From NCBI RefSeq assembly GCF_009834535.1, contig NC_045696.1:21268001-21332000 (forward strand): 64,000 nucleotides of DNA, given 5' to 3'. The translations under genes and the position numbers were made by a program. The notes below the pieces were generated by a model. It was not told the DNA's origin. It made no database searches and saw only the letters and a list, made by a program, of their open reading frames with translations. Origin of the DNA: Camelus ferus (Eukaryota). Below, one piece after another: positions 37,177 through 50,884 of the stretch (positions are counted from its first letter, which is position 1; the number at the start of each line of letters is the position of its first letter).

Positions 37177-37204
<28 letters not shown>
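37177..37204. repeat. (CA)14 microsatellite
   Basis: Read directly. Confidence 0.97.
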
Positions 37205-38289
37205 TCCACTGCTTTACCACTTTTAGTTTATTATTATTAATTCTTCAAGATGCAACCTGGAGAATACCTTACCCTCAATTTATAACATTTTAAGGTACAT
37301 TTGTTTTGTATATCAAATGAAGCATCAGGCAAACACCATGAAGATGTCTTTAAACTTTGAAATATATTTCCTGATACTTGAGTAACATCAACAAACGTGT
37401 ACACAAGGCCAAATGTTTAAAAAAGCCCTGTTCTTCAACTTTTCACCTGAGCAGTGTTAGTAAATGATGATAAATGTCAGAAAAAACGAGTTAACACTTT
37501 GCCAGATTTTATGCACAATTAAAAAATTCAGATATAAGCAACATGTCCAGCAAAACTTATTGTTGCATAAAAAATTAAAAATGGGTTGTAGAATAACTGA
37601 TTGCGGGATGACAAAGTGCTTGGGTTACAAAGTAATTTAATAAGGGACTCAGATCTGATTTATGAGTTACTGCATCTTGCTTCTTAAAGGAACAAATTCT
37701 TGAAAAGCTAATCCCGATGTGAAACTTTCTATTTGATAGACATGTTTTTGGACTTATTTTCATTAACTACTGATATTTTTAGCCTGAGCTGGTAAGTAAC
37801 ACATTGAACGTGTTCTTGGATATGTTGTCAGAAAAACTGATTTTGTGTCATCTACAGGGTGGTTTTTATGTTAATTTCCATTCTGAAAACCAAGGAACTA
37901 ATTTATTTGAATATGTTTTGATTACTTTTTGACAACTGAAAATGCGTATTTTGAGTTCTTTTGGGATATTCATCTGGATGTTTAGTTGTATAGTAAAATA
38001 ATTAAAACTTTTTTTCTATATAACTGTCAATCAGCATTAGTTTCATACAGTGATTTAATGTCAACGGTATCAATATAATGCAGTGGAAACCATGCTTATA
38101 TTACCTTATTAATAAATAGTATTCCTTCAATTTCCCCTATCAAACTTACAAAATTGTTGCAGTTTGAATTCATTTTTATTATATTCCCAGGTTTCTTTCA
38201 TACAATCACAGATACCTATTTGTGTTTCTGGATATGTGCTAGTTGATAATTATAAATATACATGATGCTACGTATCAGAATTTGTGAGG

Positions 38290-38820
38290 CATTATTAAAT
38301 AAATACTTAGGTTTAAATGAAATAAAGTCTAGTATTAATAAACTAGACATATAACTTAAAATTAGAACACCAAAATATGCAGGAGGGAAATAGAATGAAT
38401 TAACATAGCTAAGAGCAGAAATAATTGAAATGCAAAATAGAGATTTAAAACAGGATACCAATCAAATACAGGTTTGCCTACCACCCTCTCTCTCCACAAA
38501 ACAAAACAAAACAGATTAAAACAACACAGAGGGATAAAAGAAAGCTATTGCAAAGCTGATGAAGGAAAAAGGAAGGAGTCAGCAATAGTATTAGAAACAA
38601 AAATAGAAACATAATTACAAGAAAGCCGTTTTTACAGTAAATAAGAAATATGATGTTCAAATATATGACAGCGAAAAGTTAGGTGATATTGATTAATTCT
38701 CAGAAAAATGCAACCTAAATTGATTCAAAGTGGTAAAGGCTATTATAGGATACTTTAGGAAAGGAAAAGTACAGGCCAATCTCACTCATGGACAGAGATG
38801 TAAAAATTCAAACAAATAGC
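38290..38820 (+). mobile_element. Old L1 ORF2 fragments
   Basis: 'taagagcagaaataattgaaatgcaaaatag' and 'aaagtacaggccaatctcactcatggacagagatgtaaaaattc' (decayed YRPISLMN.DAKI RT motif). Confidence 0.65.
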
Positions 38821-39049
38821 ACAGTATTTGCTTTTTCAAGTAAGATTAAAGCCAACCTTATTCCCTTCTATTTGTTCATTTATTGTTTCTGTCAATAAGC
38901 TTGTATGGTTCTTTTCATAAAAATGTGTTTTTTTAAATTAAATGTATCTGTACAGATTGTAGATCTTTCCTTTTTCTTGTCAAGGAGTTATTTTTACCCC
39001 CTTTTAGTGTTCCAATTGTTAAATTAGAGCACAACTTATAACACTTTGC

Positions 39050-39700
39050 AATAAGTACACATCAGGCATTTTATACTGATTTTTATTTTATCTTATCTGT
39101 AATTTTATAGTTTCTTAGATTTTATAGATATACATTTGTACCATTATAAATAAAACATAGTCTATTCCTTGCCATTTAATGATAATTACATCCACTATTT
39201 TATTTTTCTTGTTCTTACTTGTTAGAAAATCATGTTAATAGTGTATGATAATCTTAACACTGGCCAACCACCTCTTGCTCCTTAAATATATTTGCAATTT
39301 AAGGTAATATTAACTGCCGATTTTAGAAATTTATGTTGATTAAGTAGGTTTGATTTATTTCTATGTTATTCACTGTTTTTACTAGGAATGACTGCTATAT
39401 TGTATAAAATGACCTCACTATTATCCACGTCATAGAATTTTTTTCATATAATTTGATGATGTTACCAAATATGCTTAAATATTTTCTGTTTTTGAACTAC
39501 ACCTGAGCAATTGGGATAAACAGTCCTAGCATATGCATATTACTCATTTGAAAGACCACTGGGTTCTATTTTACGGTGATTTAATTATGTTTTCCTCTAT
39601 GTTCACAAGTAAGATCACTTCAAAGTTTTGAAACTATGTTTAATGTAAAATTGTGTTTAATGGTGTTAAATGTAAAAAATAAATTGGAACTTGTGTATTC
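39050..39700 (-). mobile_element. Old L1 ORF2 RT-region fragment
   Basis: T-rich; 'ttttgaactacacctgagcaattgggataaac...ctctatgttcacaagtaagatca' is the reversed L1 RT region. Confidence 0.55.
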
Positions 39701-39830
39701 CTGAGCTGCTAACTAAACTTTATTCACTTTTTCTTTCTTGTTTTGTGACTTTGAATTTAGATAATTAGTCATTTCCCCTAAACTTCAAAAACCATGGACA
39801 ATATTGCCCATTTTACAGGTAGTGATATAA

Positions 39831-41070
39831 TTTTTTATTGAAATATATTTGCTTTACAAATTATGTAAGTTAAAGATATACAGTACAGTGATTCACAATA
39901 TTTTAAAGTTATACTCCATTTATAGTTATTATAAAATATTGGCTGTATTCCCCATGCTATACAACATATCCTTGTGGCCTATTTTATACTTAATACTTTG
40001 TATCTCTTACTTCTCTATACCTATATTGCCTCTGCTTCCCTCTCCCCACTGGTAAACGCTAGTTTGTTTCCTATCTCTCTGAGTCTGCTTATTCTTTTTT
40101 TTTTTAGATTCATTAGTTTGTTGTATTTTTTAGACTCCACATATAAGTGATATCATACAATATTTCTCTTCCTCTGTCTGACTTATTTTACTTACAATAA
40201 TGCCCTCCAAGTTCATCCATGTTTCTGCAAAGGGCATACTTCTCTTCTTTTTTGTGGCTGAGTGGTGTCCTATATATATATAGATATACTGACATCTTTA
40301 TCCATCATCTGTTGATGGACACTTAGATTGTTTTCATATCTTGGCAATTATAAATAATGCTGCTATGAACATTAGGGTGCATGTATCTTTTAAAATTAGT
40401 GGGTTTTTTTCAGATATATATCCAGGGATGGAATTGCTGGGTCATGTGGTAGTTCTATTTTTCATTTTTTGAGAAACATCCATACTGTTTTCCACAGTGC
40501 CTGCCCCAATATACATTCCCACCAACAGTGTACAAGGGTTCCCCTTTCTCCATATTCTCACCAACATTTGCTATTTGTGTTCTTTTTGATGACAGCCATT
40601 CTGATAGGTGTGAAGTGATACCTTATTGTGGTTTTAATTTGCATTTCCCTGATGATTAGTGATGTTGAGCATCTTTTCATGTGCCTGTTGGCCATCTGCA
40701 TTTCTTCTCTGGAAAAATGTCTATTCAATTCTTCTGCCGATTTATTTTAACTGGGTTTGGGTTTTTCTGATGTTGAGTTGTATGAGCTGTTTATGTATGT
40801 TGGATATTAATCACTTATCAGTCATATCATTTGCAAATATTTCTTCCATTCAGTAGGTTATCTTTTCATTTTGTTGATGGTTTCCTGCACGGTTCAAAAG
40901 CTTTTAAGTTTAATTGGGTCCCATGTGTTTATTTTTGCTTTTATTTCCTTTACTTTAGGAAAAGGATCCAAAAAGATATTGCTGTGATTTATGTCAAAGA
41001 CTGTTCTGCTTTGTTTTCCACTAGGAGTTTTATAGTATCCAGTCTTACATTTCAATCTTTAATGCATTTA
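39831..41070 (-). mobile_element. L1, ~1.2 kb 3' portion (ORF2 C-terminus + 3' UTR), 5'-truncated
   Basis: 'ttttattgaaatata...tagactccacatataagtgatatcatac...ggaattgctgggtcatgtggtagttctattt...gtgatgttgagcatcttttcatgtgcctgttggccatctg'. Confidence 0.93.
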
Positions 41071-43472
41071 AAAATCCAAAAAATTCACCGCAATTTATAT
41101 TATGTAACAGAAACTTAATATAATTTCCTCTATACCTGCTGTTTGATATTATCTTTGAATACTATATAAATCATTAAAATTGTGTATTAATTGTTGTACA
41201 TATTTGTCTTTAATAAGAAAATTTGACTCCTGAAAATAGTTTGAACTCATTAATGCTCAGCTGTAAAAAAAATGTTGATAATTATGATATAGAATCCCAT
41301 TTTTTATTTATGAAGAAAATAATGACTAATAAATTATTTTTAAAAAACTTAAAAGCATAATCTGAAGGCAAGACCCAAAGGGAGGCAATAAAAGTCTGGA
41401 CCCCAAGTAATATCTTCTAATTAGTGATAGCACCTTTTATATATTACATTGAAACAATAAGGCAAAGTCTGACCATCTTTCTCATGGCAGCCAAATGTTC
41501 ATTTGGATCTAAATTTCTGGTGGTTTGCTTAATACAATAACAGCTACGGGGATAGTTAATTTTTTATGTGACTCTCAAGGAAAATTTGTAGTTCTGTTTT
41601 GGTAACACTTGTCTTCAACATTCTTTCTTTAATCTGGCTGTATTTTTCACCAAATTAAAACCACAGGTAACATAACCCTTTCACACCACAAAGAGAGCTT
41701 TTTTTTTTTTTTTTACTTTCTTACAAGTAGAAATAATTTTCCTTATACTTCTGAAGTGTCATCATAACTTCCCTAACCATGCAGAAGGAACCAAGGAGAC
41801 TGCCAGCGAATCTTGTATGGAGTTTCTAGAGTTTGGAAAGAATAACTAAAATACATTCCTACTTATCTAAATTGTGGGAGAAAAATGAGAAAAAAAACAT
41901 GGTAAGACTACATTCCATGAAGCTGTACAATACTTTAGTTGCCCATTTAATGGCATGATCTCAGAACCGTGGCACAATTATAACTCATTTCTCCACCAAA
42001 TCAAGTTCAGTGCATTACTGCTTAAAAAAAATATTTTAAATGATAAAATTCTTAGCCCTACTTTAGAAGTTGCCAAATAGATGTTAAATTCCTCTAGGAG
42101 ACTTGCTGATTACCATGGCCTAACTGAAACCCATATGATGGTACTCCTGATCCTAGATAACAATAGTTGTAAAATCACTAAATAAGAATTTTAAATTGTG
42201 AATTTTAGGTGAGAGGTTGTTTAATTACACTATATATAAGGATTCTGAACAAGAGATTATATGTTTTTCAGTTAAGTCACTCAGTACCCAAAGTAGCTGA
42301 AGAATAATGTCATTTTCCTCCTTAACCCCACTGGCATGATAGGAAGAGGACCAGCCAATATACTGCTCCTTAAATGTAACATAACAAAGTACATTCAGGT
42401 TAAAGAAGAAAGCATACCAAAGTTGACTAAAAGGAACATTTTCTAATCAATTAGAAGGAAGAGGCTTCTCAAGAGACCTAGAGATCACAATTCACTAATT
42501 AAAAATAATAATTTGAGAAAGACTAGAGGGGGCAAATACAAGACACGAAAAAAACTGACCTTCTCCATGGGGAAATATAACGCTCTTACCCCCACTACCT
42601 GACATCCCCCAGAATAGAGACACCCAGAAGAACAGAGAGAGAAAAATGACAAAGAGAAAACTAATTTGTACTCAGTATTGACAAGTCACCTGGCAAAAGT
42701 TTTGAAAATTATCATTTGTTCTTCAATAAGATGTTAGATAAATAATAAATAGGTAAGTTATATATCATAGATCAATAGATATATAGACGATAGATAGTTG
42801 TATGGGGTAAATGTCATCTAATTTTGATAACTAAGATTATATTGCTAGAGGGGGCAAAATCATGTAAGCTACATTTCCTTAAAAAGTTTGTCTTATCCAG
42901 TTTTGCTTTGCTTTGTTTTTACTGAGTGTGCTGTATATTAAATTTCAATACATTACTACCCCTTGACTTTGGAACCACTGACATAACATGAGTAAATTTC
43001 AGCCGGCCTTCCCCAGGAGCATGTTTGTCTGAATGAAAGTCACTGTGTTCCAGAAGAGACTGGCCCTCTGTAGACAAGAAGTAGGAGTCAGTGTGGACTA
43101 GGGAAGGAAGAATGTGCATGACAAAGCTATCATTTGGGCTCCTTATGTCACTTAAAAACTGATTTAAACAGATAATATTTTCATCAAAGCATTAAAATGG
43201 TTTCCATTAGGGAAATTGTCTTTCTGTTGAAGAAATTAAATGTTTTCCTCCTTGACCTGATTATTCATCATTTTAGAGGCAATTAATAGATTTCACTACA
43301 ACTATAGATGGTTTAAGATTAATGGCATATAGTTTATCATGTTATGTGCTATCCACATAAAAGCTGAATCTGAGAGACATACATAATTTATGTATTTCCC
43401 CTTCCTACAATGTGTCAGATTTGGAATAAATCATTATAAAGGATTCTAGAGAAAAATACTAATAGGAATAAT

Positions 43473-44091
43473 TGTTACTGAACCAAACTTGGGTCTGCTT
43501 GCCCATGTACACAGTGTAGCCAATCAACTGACACCAGGTTGTGCTGAAGGAAAGTGCAGTGTTTACTGCAGGGTGCTAAGCAGGGATTCCAGGAAACTAG
43601 TGCTGAAAGGACTGATGGCTATCAGGGAAAGATTTTTAAAGACATAGTGAGGAGGGGGGTTGTGGGGTACATGATCAGCTTGTGGACATTCTTCTGATTG
43701 GTTGGTGATGAAGTAATCAGAAGTCAACATCATCAACCTTCTGGTTCCAACTGGTCTGGGGTCTAGTGCTTGTGGGCAGCATGTAGTTAACCTCTTCCAC
43801 CTGGTAGGGGTTTCATTATCTGAAAAACAGCTCAAAGGATATGGCTCAGAATATTGTCCATAAACCCTGAGGAGGAATTAAAGGTCCTTAACTTTGTTTA
43901 ATGGCTAAACTATTACTATTTTTGTCTCGCTTAACTGTTTTCCTTTGTTTCTGCATTTTCTCACTTCTCTGATTAAACTTATTCTTTGGAACTCGGGAAA
44001 GACCTAGGAGGATAAAGTTTTACTACAAACAAGAAGCGAGTGGGGAGTGGGTCTGTCTTGGAAAGGATCCATAGGGTTCTGCTTAGTTACA
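43473..44091 (-). mobile_element. ERV1-class solo LTR (619 bp)
   Basis: tgttac...gttaca termini, perfect 4-bp TSD TAAT (43469-43472, 44092-44095); shares 'tgatcagcttgtg...tctgattggttg...gttaa.ctcttcca...tctgaaaaac' with 30445-30920. Confidence 0.92.
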
Positions 44092-44424
44092 TAATGACTG
44101 TTAGAAAATAGCATTTAGATGTGCTTTTGATAGTTTTCTATAGCATGATCTTTGATAGAACTGAGTGGTGATTTCTAAGTAATAATCTGTTTACCACTAC
44201 TGAGCCTAACCCAGGCATACCTCAGAGGGACTGTGTGTTCAGCTCCAGACCACCAATAAAGCAAGTATCACAAAAAAGTGAGTCACCCTAATATTTTTGG
44301 TTTCCCAGTTAATATAGAACTTATGTTTGCATGAAACTGTAATTTATTAAATGTGTAATAACATTATGTCTAACAAAACAATGTATGTGCCTTAATTAAA
44401 AAATACTTTATTGCTAAAATAATG

Positions 44425-46520
44425 CCAACCATCATCTGAGCTTTCAGTTAGTCAGTCTTTTTGCTGGTGGAGGGTCTTGCCTCACTGTTGATGGCTGCTG
44501 ACTGATTGGGGCGGTGGTTGCTGAAGGTTGGGGTGGCTGTGGCCAAATTTCTCAAAATAAGACAACAATGAAGTTTGCTGCATTGGTTAACTCTTTTTCA
44601 GTAACAATTTATCTGTCACATGTAATGCAGTTTGATAGCATTCAACACACAGTAGAACTTCTTTCAACATTGGAGTCAGTCTTCTCCAATTGTGCTGCTG
44701 CTTTACCAAATAAGTTTATTTTAATATTCTAAATTCTTTGTTCTCATTTCAACAATCTTCGCAGAATCTTCACCAGGAGGCATTTCCAGCTTAAGAAACC
44801 AAATTCTTTGCTCATCCATAAAAAGGCAACTCCTCATCTGTTAAAGGTTTATCATGAGATTGCAACAACTCAGTCACCTCTTCAGGCTCCACTTTTTTTT
44901 TTTTTTTTTTTTTGACTATAGAAAGTATATTCTATACTTTTTCCAAAGGTGTTAAAACAAGCTTCTGAGCCTGGCTTAAATATTTAAAAAGCAAACTTTT
45001 TGAAGTCTCAAGTTGAAGGTATGATTACAAAGTAAGCAGACAAATGTCATATGCAATTTGTTCAATTTCATGGCATCATTACTTTAGAAACACAACTTTC
45101 GGTAAAAAAAAAAAAAGTCATCATTCTAAGACATTGTAATGAATTATCAAAATTCCTTGGTATGATTTTTCACTATAATTCTGAAGAGAGTATGAATTAA
45201 ACATAGACTCCACTTCTAACCCTAGTTGTCTTGCTATTTCCACCACATCTGCAGTTACTTTTTCCAACGACGTCTTTAATCCCTCAAAGTCATCCATGAG
45301 GGTTGGATCAAGTTCTTCCAAACTCTTATTAATGTTGTTATTTTGACTTTTTCCCATGAATCATGAATGTACTTAATGATATCTAGGATGGTGAATCCTT
45401 TCAAGAAGGTTTTCAATTGACTTTGCCCAGATCCATCAGCGAACTCACTATCTATGGCAGCTACAGCCTTACAAAAATGTATCTCTTGAATGGCAAGACT
45501 TCAAAATTGAAATTACTCCTTGATCCACAGGCTGCAGAATGGATGTTGTGTTAGCAGGCTTGAAAATTATACTAATCTCACTCTACAACTCCATCAGAGC
45601 TCTTGGGTGACCAGGTGCACTGTCAGTGAGCAGTCATATTTTGAAAGGACACTATTTTAAGCAAAATATCTCAACAGCTGGGCTTAAAATATTCAGTAAA
45701 CCACATTGTAAACTGATGTGTGTCATCTGGGCTTTGTTCCATTTATAGAGCATAGACAAAGTAGATTTAGCATAATTCTTAAGGGTCCTAGAATTCTCAG
45801 AATGGTAAATGAGCATTGGCTTCAACTTACAGTCACCAGCTGCATTAGCCCCTAACAAGAAATTCAGCTGTCCTTTGAAGATTTGAATCCAGACATTGAC
45901 TTCTCCTCTCTAGCGATAAAAGTCCTAGATAGCGTCTTCCTTCAGTAGAAGGCTGTTTTGTCTACATTGAAAATCTGCTGCAGTGTAGCCAACCTTCATT
46001 AGTGATCTGAGCTAGATCTTCTGGAGAACTTGCTGCAGCTTCTACATCAGCACTTGCTGCTTCACCTTGTCACTTTATATTATGGAGATGGCTTCTTTCC
46101 TTAAATCTCATGAACCAACCTGTGCTAGGTTTCAAACTTTTCTTCTGTGGCTTCCTCACCACTCCCAGCCTTCACAGAATTAAAGAGAGTTAGGGCCTAG
46201 CTTTGGAAAAGATTTTGTTTTAAGAGAATGTTGTGACTGGTTTGATCTTCTATCTGTACCACTGAAAAATTCTCCATATCAGCAGTAAGGCTGTTTCTAT
46301 TTCTTATCACTCAAGTGTTCACTGGAGAGGCATTTTGCATTTTCTTCAAGACCTTTATCTTTGCATTCACAGCTTGGCTAACTGTTTGGTACAAGAGGCC
46401 TAGCTTTGGTTATATTTTGACTTTCAATAAGCCTTCCTCACTAAGCTTAATCATTTCTAGCTTCTGATTTAAGGTGAGAAATGTGTGACTTTTCCTTTCA
46501 CTTGAAAACTTAGCAGCCAT
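44425..46520 (-). pseudogene. Decayed Tigger1 transposase (CENP-B-like HTH + DDE)
   Basis: ORF fragments MAAKFSSERKSHTFLTLNQKLEMIKLSEEG, LGANAAGDCKLKPMLIYHSENSRTLKNYAKSTL and PTLMDDFEGLKTSLEKVTADVVEIARQLGLEVE; broken by stops, frameshifts and an insertion. Confidence 0.92.
44895..45204 (-). other. Retroposed polyadenylated non-repeat insert (processed-transcript 3' fragment or orphan transduction)
   Basis: T21 at 44893-44913; 11-bp TSD aggctccactt (44884-44894) / agactccactt (45205-45215); Tigger1 sequence resumes exactly on either side. Confidence 0.78.
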
Positions 46521-47129
46521 TGTAGGGTTATTAATTGGCCTAATTTCAATATTGTTGTGTTTCAGGAAATAGGGAAGCCTGAGAAGAAGGCGAGAGACAG
46601 AGAATGGCCAGTTGGTAGAGCTGTCAGAACACATGCAACATTTATTAAATTTGCCTTCTTATAGTGGGCATGGTTTATGGTGCTCCAGAAAAATTATAAT
46701 TGTAACATCAAGATCACCAATCACAGATTACTGTAACAAATTCAACAGTAATGAAAAAGTTTGAAATATTGCAACAATTGCCGAAATGTGATGCAGCGAT
46801 GTGAAGTGAGCAAATGCTGCTGGAAAAATGGCACTGGTAGATTTGCTTAATTCATGGTTGCCATAAACCTTCAGTTTGTAAAGTACACAGTATCTACAAA
46901 GTGCATTAAAGTGAAGCACAGTAAGATAAGGTGGGCCTGTATATATAGAACTGTATAACATATTCAGATCTTCCTGAGAACCTACTGATGTGGTCTTAGG
47001 AAACATACGATTGATAAATACTTATTTGGTACTCATTTATATATTTGGTATAAATGTATAAATTTGTCGGGAAATACAGAGTTGTTTTATGTATTTGGTA
47101 TGATTTCAAAGATAGGTGTATTCCTCAAA

Positions 47130-48450
47130 ATTTGCAGGGTAAGGGACATAATTAGAAGTGGAGACCCACGTATCACATATCTAAATATTTAGCAGATATA
47201 GATCCAGCTAGTAAAATGTTAAATAAAATATGTTTTATTCTCTTACCTTGACATATATAACCTTGTAATATCAAAACTAAAATTATGTGCAAAGATATGA
47301 CAAAAATTAATTTAATATAATTATGCATGTTTACATTTTCTATTGATGGGACTGATTTTGGATGAGTAAATATTATGCATTTACATAATTCACAAATTAT
47401 ACATTGATTCCATAATATTTAATTTTATTGCTTTTGTTTCAACAGTGCTTAATTACATTGACATAGTCAGGATTTTCACACAATTTTTGTTTTAAAGTCA
47501 GAAGTAGCTAAACATACATTGTCGGGGAACAAGGTGGGCAGGTGTTGCAGGTGGTAAAAGAATTTACCAAAGACAAAGAATGAAACTAGAAAAGGAGTTT
47601 ATCAGGTTACACTGCTACAGGCAACAGCAGGCCACACAGATGGGAGATGCCTCTGTGAGCACTGGGGGGTTGGTTGCTGAGGTTTTTTATTAGGGGAAGA
47701 GCTGGTGAACACAGTAGTTTGGCGACTGTGTGATCAGCTCATGCACAAGATTTTTGGTTGGTTATAGGTGAGGTAAGAAGCTTAGGGTTCTTGAAGGGCA
47801 GTGGGATTTGACTCATAAGATGTGGGCTGAAATGAAGCAGTCTGAGCTATTGTGAGATTAGGCATTCTTTAAGGCTAATAGTTTGTTAGGATAAACACAC
47901 CCAGTAAAGAATGTACTTTATCTATTGAGGGATCTGAGAACCCAGAAATGGGGGTCAATGGATTTTGAAGGATGCCAGTTGGCCCCACACATATTTTTGT
48001 ATGCAATTGTTATATTATTAATGGTAACCAATATACACTAAATATTTGTTGACATCTTAAATTCAAAAAATTGCTTTATTTTCTTCCAAAGAACATTACT
48101 TGCTATGCATTTAAGGATTTTTCGTTGCATCACTAAAATTTTTTAGTGATTTTTATATGCTATATATAATAAAATTTAACTGGTTTAACAAGATTAGTTA
48201 TCAATCTCATAATAGTATGCTGTGCCTGATAGCAGTTTAAGGTCAAATTTGGTGTATGTTTTATTAATTTATATGATCTTTGGATATATGCAAAAAATAC
48301 TGATACAATTTTTGAATTATTTCAAAGAATATCCCCAGTCTCCTACCTTGATCATTATGCTGCTCAAAATCATTTCCAAAATTAAATACATATTTATATA
48401 TAAATACTACTAATAAAGAGAGTTTAAAATTATACAAGAGCTTAAATATG
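47130..48450. mobile_element. Possible old hAT-Tip100 (Zaphod/MER115-like) remnant interrupted by an LTR
   Basis: 'aagtggagacccacgtatcacatatctaaatattt...tgttaaataaaatatgttttattctcttaccttgaca' resembles that family's end as recalled; right extent uncertain. Confidence 0.4.
47520..47987 (-). mobile_element. ERV solo LTR (~468 bp)
   Basis: TG...CA termini with 5-bp TSD tacat / cacat; abrupt GC rise; 'gtgatcagctcatgcacaagatttttggttgg' shared with the other minus-strand LTRs. Confidence 0.8.
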
Positions 48451-50884
48451 ATATTATCCTGAAAGAAGTATACAACCATATAGGCAAAGATTATGCTGGA
48501 CTTCTCAAAGCCAGTTTTGGAATATTTGAAAGGAGATGGTGCTAATTATTTCCATAATTTTTTTTATAGTCTTCTAAGTATCTCTAGAATCCTCCTATTG
48601 CTACTATCTTTGTTTCCAATTCTCCTCTTCCCTGTTTCAGCCTTAGCTTCCACCTCCCACTAATGTTCTCCATATTCTTTGGTAGCCATGGGGCTGCAGT
48701 AAATGACCTCATGGTAGTACATCTATTAATGTGATACTTGAGTGCCTTTCCTGACATAAAGGAAAACTTTCCCCTTTCCTCCACATTGTGTGACATAAAG
48801 CCTCCATCTAGCCCTACAGTGCTGCCTAATACTGGTGATGCCTTACATCACTTGTACTCAAAGTATTCACTCCTCAATAAAAGATTTATCAGCCAAAATC
48901 TGCTCACCCTTGATTCCTGAAATCAAGCATTTTATCGAACCAGGATAAACTCGGCTCACTCTACCTTTCTTCCAGACATTCCCAGAAGGGTCCTCCATTT
49001 GTACATACAAGAGGCTCCACATTATCACTTTTCCACTGATGTCTAAATCCTAGGATGATAACAATTTAGTTTCAAGGCAGGATTCTTTCTACAGATGTGT
49101 CTAGAAAAGCCTTCATATTGACAAGGGAAAACAACAGCAGTAACAACAGCAAACACAAAGCCTTAAGTCTGAAATGGAAGTGAAAACATAAGGCAGAGTG
49201 GTCTTAGTAACAGTGGCAAAATAAAACACACAGCTCTCCAACCCCTAATTCCACACGGGGAAACTGGTCCATAATCAATTTCATTCTCTCATGTCTTTGC
49301 CTTTGTTGTTCCTGTCTTGTGATGAAGAAATGCAATAACTTCCCCATTCCACCAAGGAGCCATTTATTTCTTTACTGCATCTGTCCTGAAACCCAGAACG
49401 GCCCCCTCTTGATTGGAAGTGGCTCTGTAAACAAATAATTTCCTTCAAAAGAGAATTTGGGGACATGACATAAATTGCCAATTAACTCATTTCAGAAATG
49501 AGTGATTTCACTAAGTTTACAAACTTCTAGTGATTTTTTTAAAGGTGATGTCATTTACTTGAGTTATCTCAATATATGTACACTCTTACGACTTGGTATT
49601 TCTAAGCAATTTTTTTTGCCATCATAATTACTAAAAAAAAAGAAGAAAAATGATCTATTATTTTATTGAGTATCAACATATTTTTCTACTGATTTTAAAA
49701 CAAAATGTACCTTATTGCATAGATAATGAAAATCATCTGATTGTTTATTATATGGATTGTGCAGAGGGAAAAAGACAGGAATAGTAAGGGAGGAATCATG
49801 ACCAAATCCAGAAACAATAAACCTACTTTAAAAACAGACTTGTAAAGAGATTAGCAATATTGTTCCACATATGTGTTGGATTTAGTCAATAAGTGTTGAA
49901 TGTGTATTCAGCAAAGCATAAAATGTAAAAATGAGACAAACTTTGATTTGTCTGGCAGCTCTAAATTCAGTGATCCTGGAAATATTTCTTAATCATTTCT
50001 TAATCACAAGCAAGACTGGAATATTAACACTGAATTCCTAAGTTTTTATGAATGTTAGGTAAAAAGATGTGTTTTAAAGAACTTTTTATAATAACTACAA
50101 GGGCACACTGAGATCCATGGGTCTCCTTTGCTGTCTAATAACTTGATGCCACTGAGAATTACTGTTCTTTCAATATTTGCTCATTATTTATTTAGAGAGT
50201 AGGATGAAGGCTGTACAGAAGGAAGACAGAAGAAGAACAATCACAACTGACATTATTTAGGTTTCACAAGTAGCAAGAACTATTTAGTACTGAATTCAAG
50301 TCCACATATCCCAGCTACCTTAAAAAAGATCTGACGTTAACAGCACTTTCTCTCCCATTAATATAGTTCAATGCACGTCTATTGCTACTTGACAATATTG
50401 CTTTGGAGCTTTTTCATCTCCAATGCAAGGGCTCATAAAACTATTTCTTCCATCTATGCACTGCACACGTCCCGAGGAAGGATCTGAGAAAAGAGTTTTC
50501 TCCAATGAGTTACAGTTTCACAAATGTTTAGCATCCAGTGATATTTTAAAAAGCATCTAGAGATTCTTTCCCTGTGCAAATGCCCAGCTCATCCATATCT
50601 TCATGCCAATCTGAATGCTTGATAAATAGAAAGTGCTCCTAAGTGTTAACAGCCTTTCTCCCTTTGCCCTTTTCCTCCTTTCTCCTTCCTCTCCTGGTTC
50701 CCTCCCCTTCTCTTGTTCCCTCTTTCCAGAAGAAACCATATGAACAAACGGCTGAAGTGAAGATACGCCTATCATATTCAAAGAAGCTTAAGTGGAAACA
50801 GTTTAGCTCAAGTAACTGTTTTGTAGGAGAGATATGATAAATAGTAGTTAACCTTATAAATGTAGCCAAAACTACAATAGCCAA

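Larger units (their letters stand above)
44212..46939 (-). mobile_element. Tigger1 (TcMar-pogo) DNA transposon, near full length
   Basis: Termini caggcatacctc... / ...aaggtgggcctg followed by TA; about 2.4 kb after removing a ~310-bp insertion; transposase peptides appear in three ORFs. Confidence 0.95.

Noticed and set aside
40659..41118. ORFs 40659..40856 and 40831..41118
   Set aside because: Antisense readings of L1 ORF2, a common source of spurious predicted proteins
42523..42858. 14-bp direct repeat ctagagggggcaaa (42523, 42845), CTCF-like
   Set aside because: It lacks the 5' CCAC/CCAG half of the CTCF motif, there is no tail or TIR between the copies to make it a TSD, and one such match in 64 kb can arise by chance
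30445..47987. Minus-strand LTRs as the ends of one provirus, or as evidence of host-gene orientation
   Set aside because: Each LTR has its own TSD and no gag/pol lies between them; LTRs and L1s occur on both strands in the window, so no orientation bias can be claimed
48129..48150. Near-palindrome atcactaaaattttttagtgat
   Set aside because: Short and AT-rich, inside a probable old transposon remnant; expected by chance
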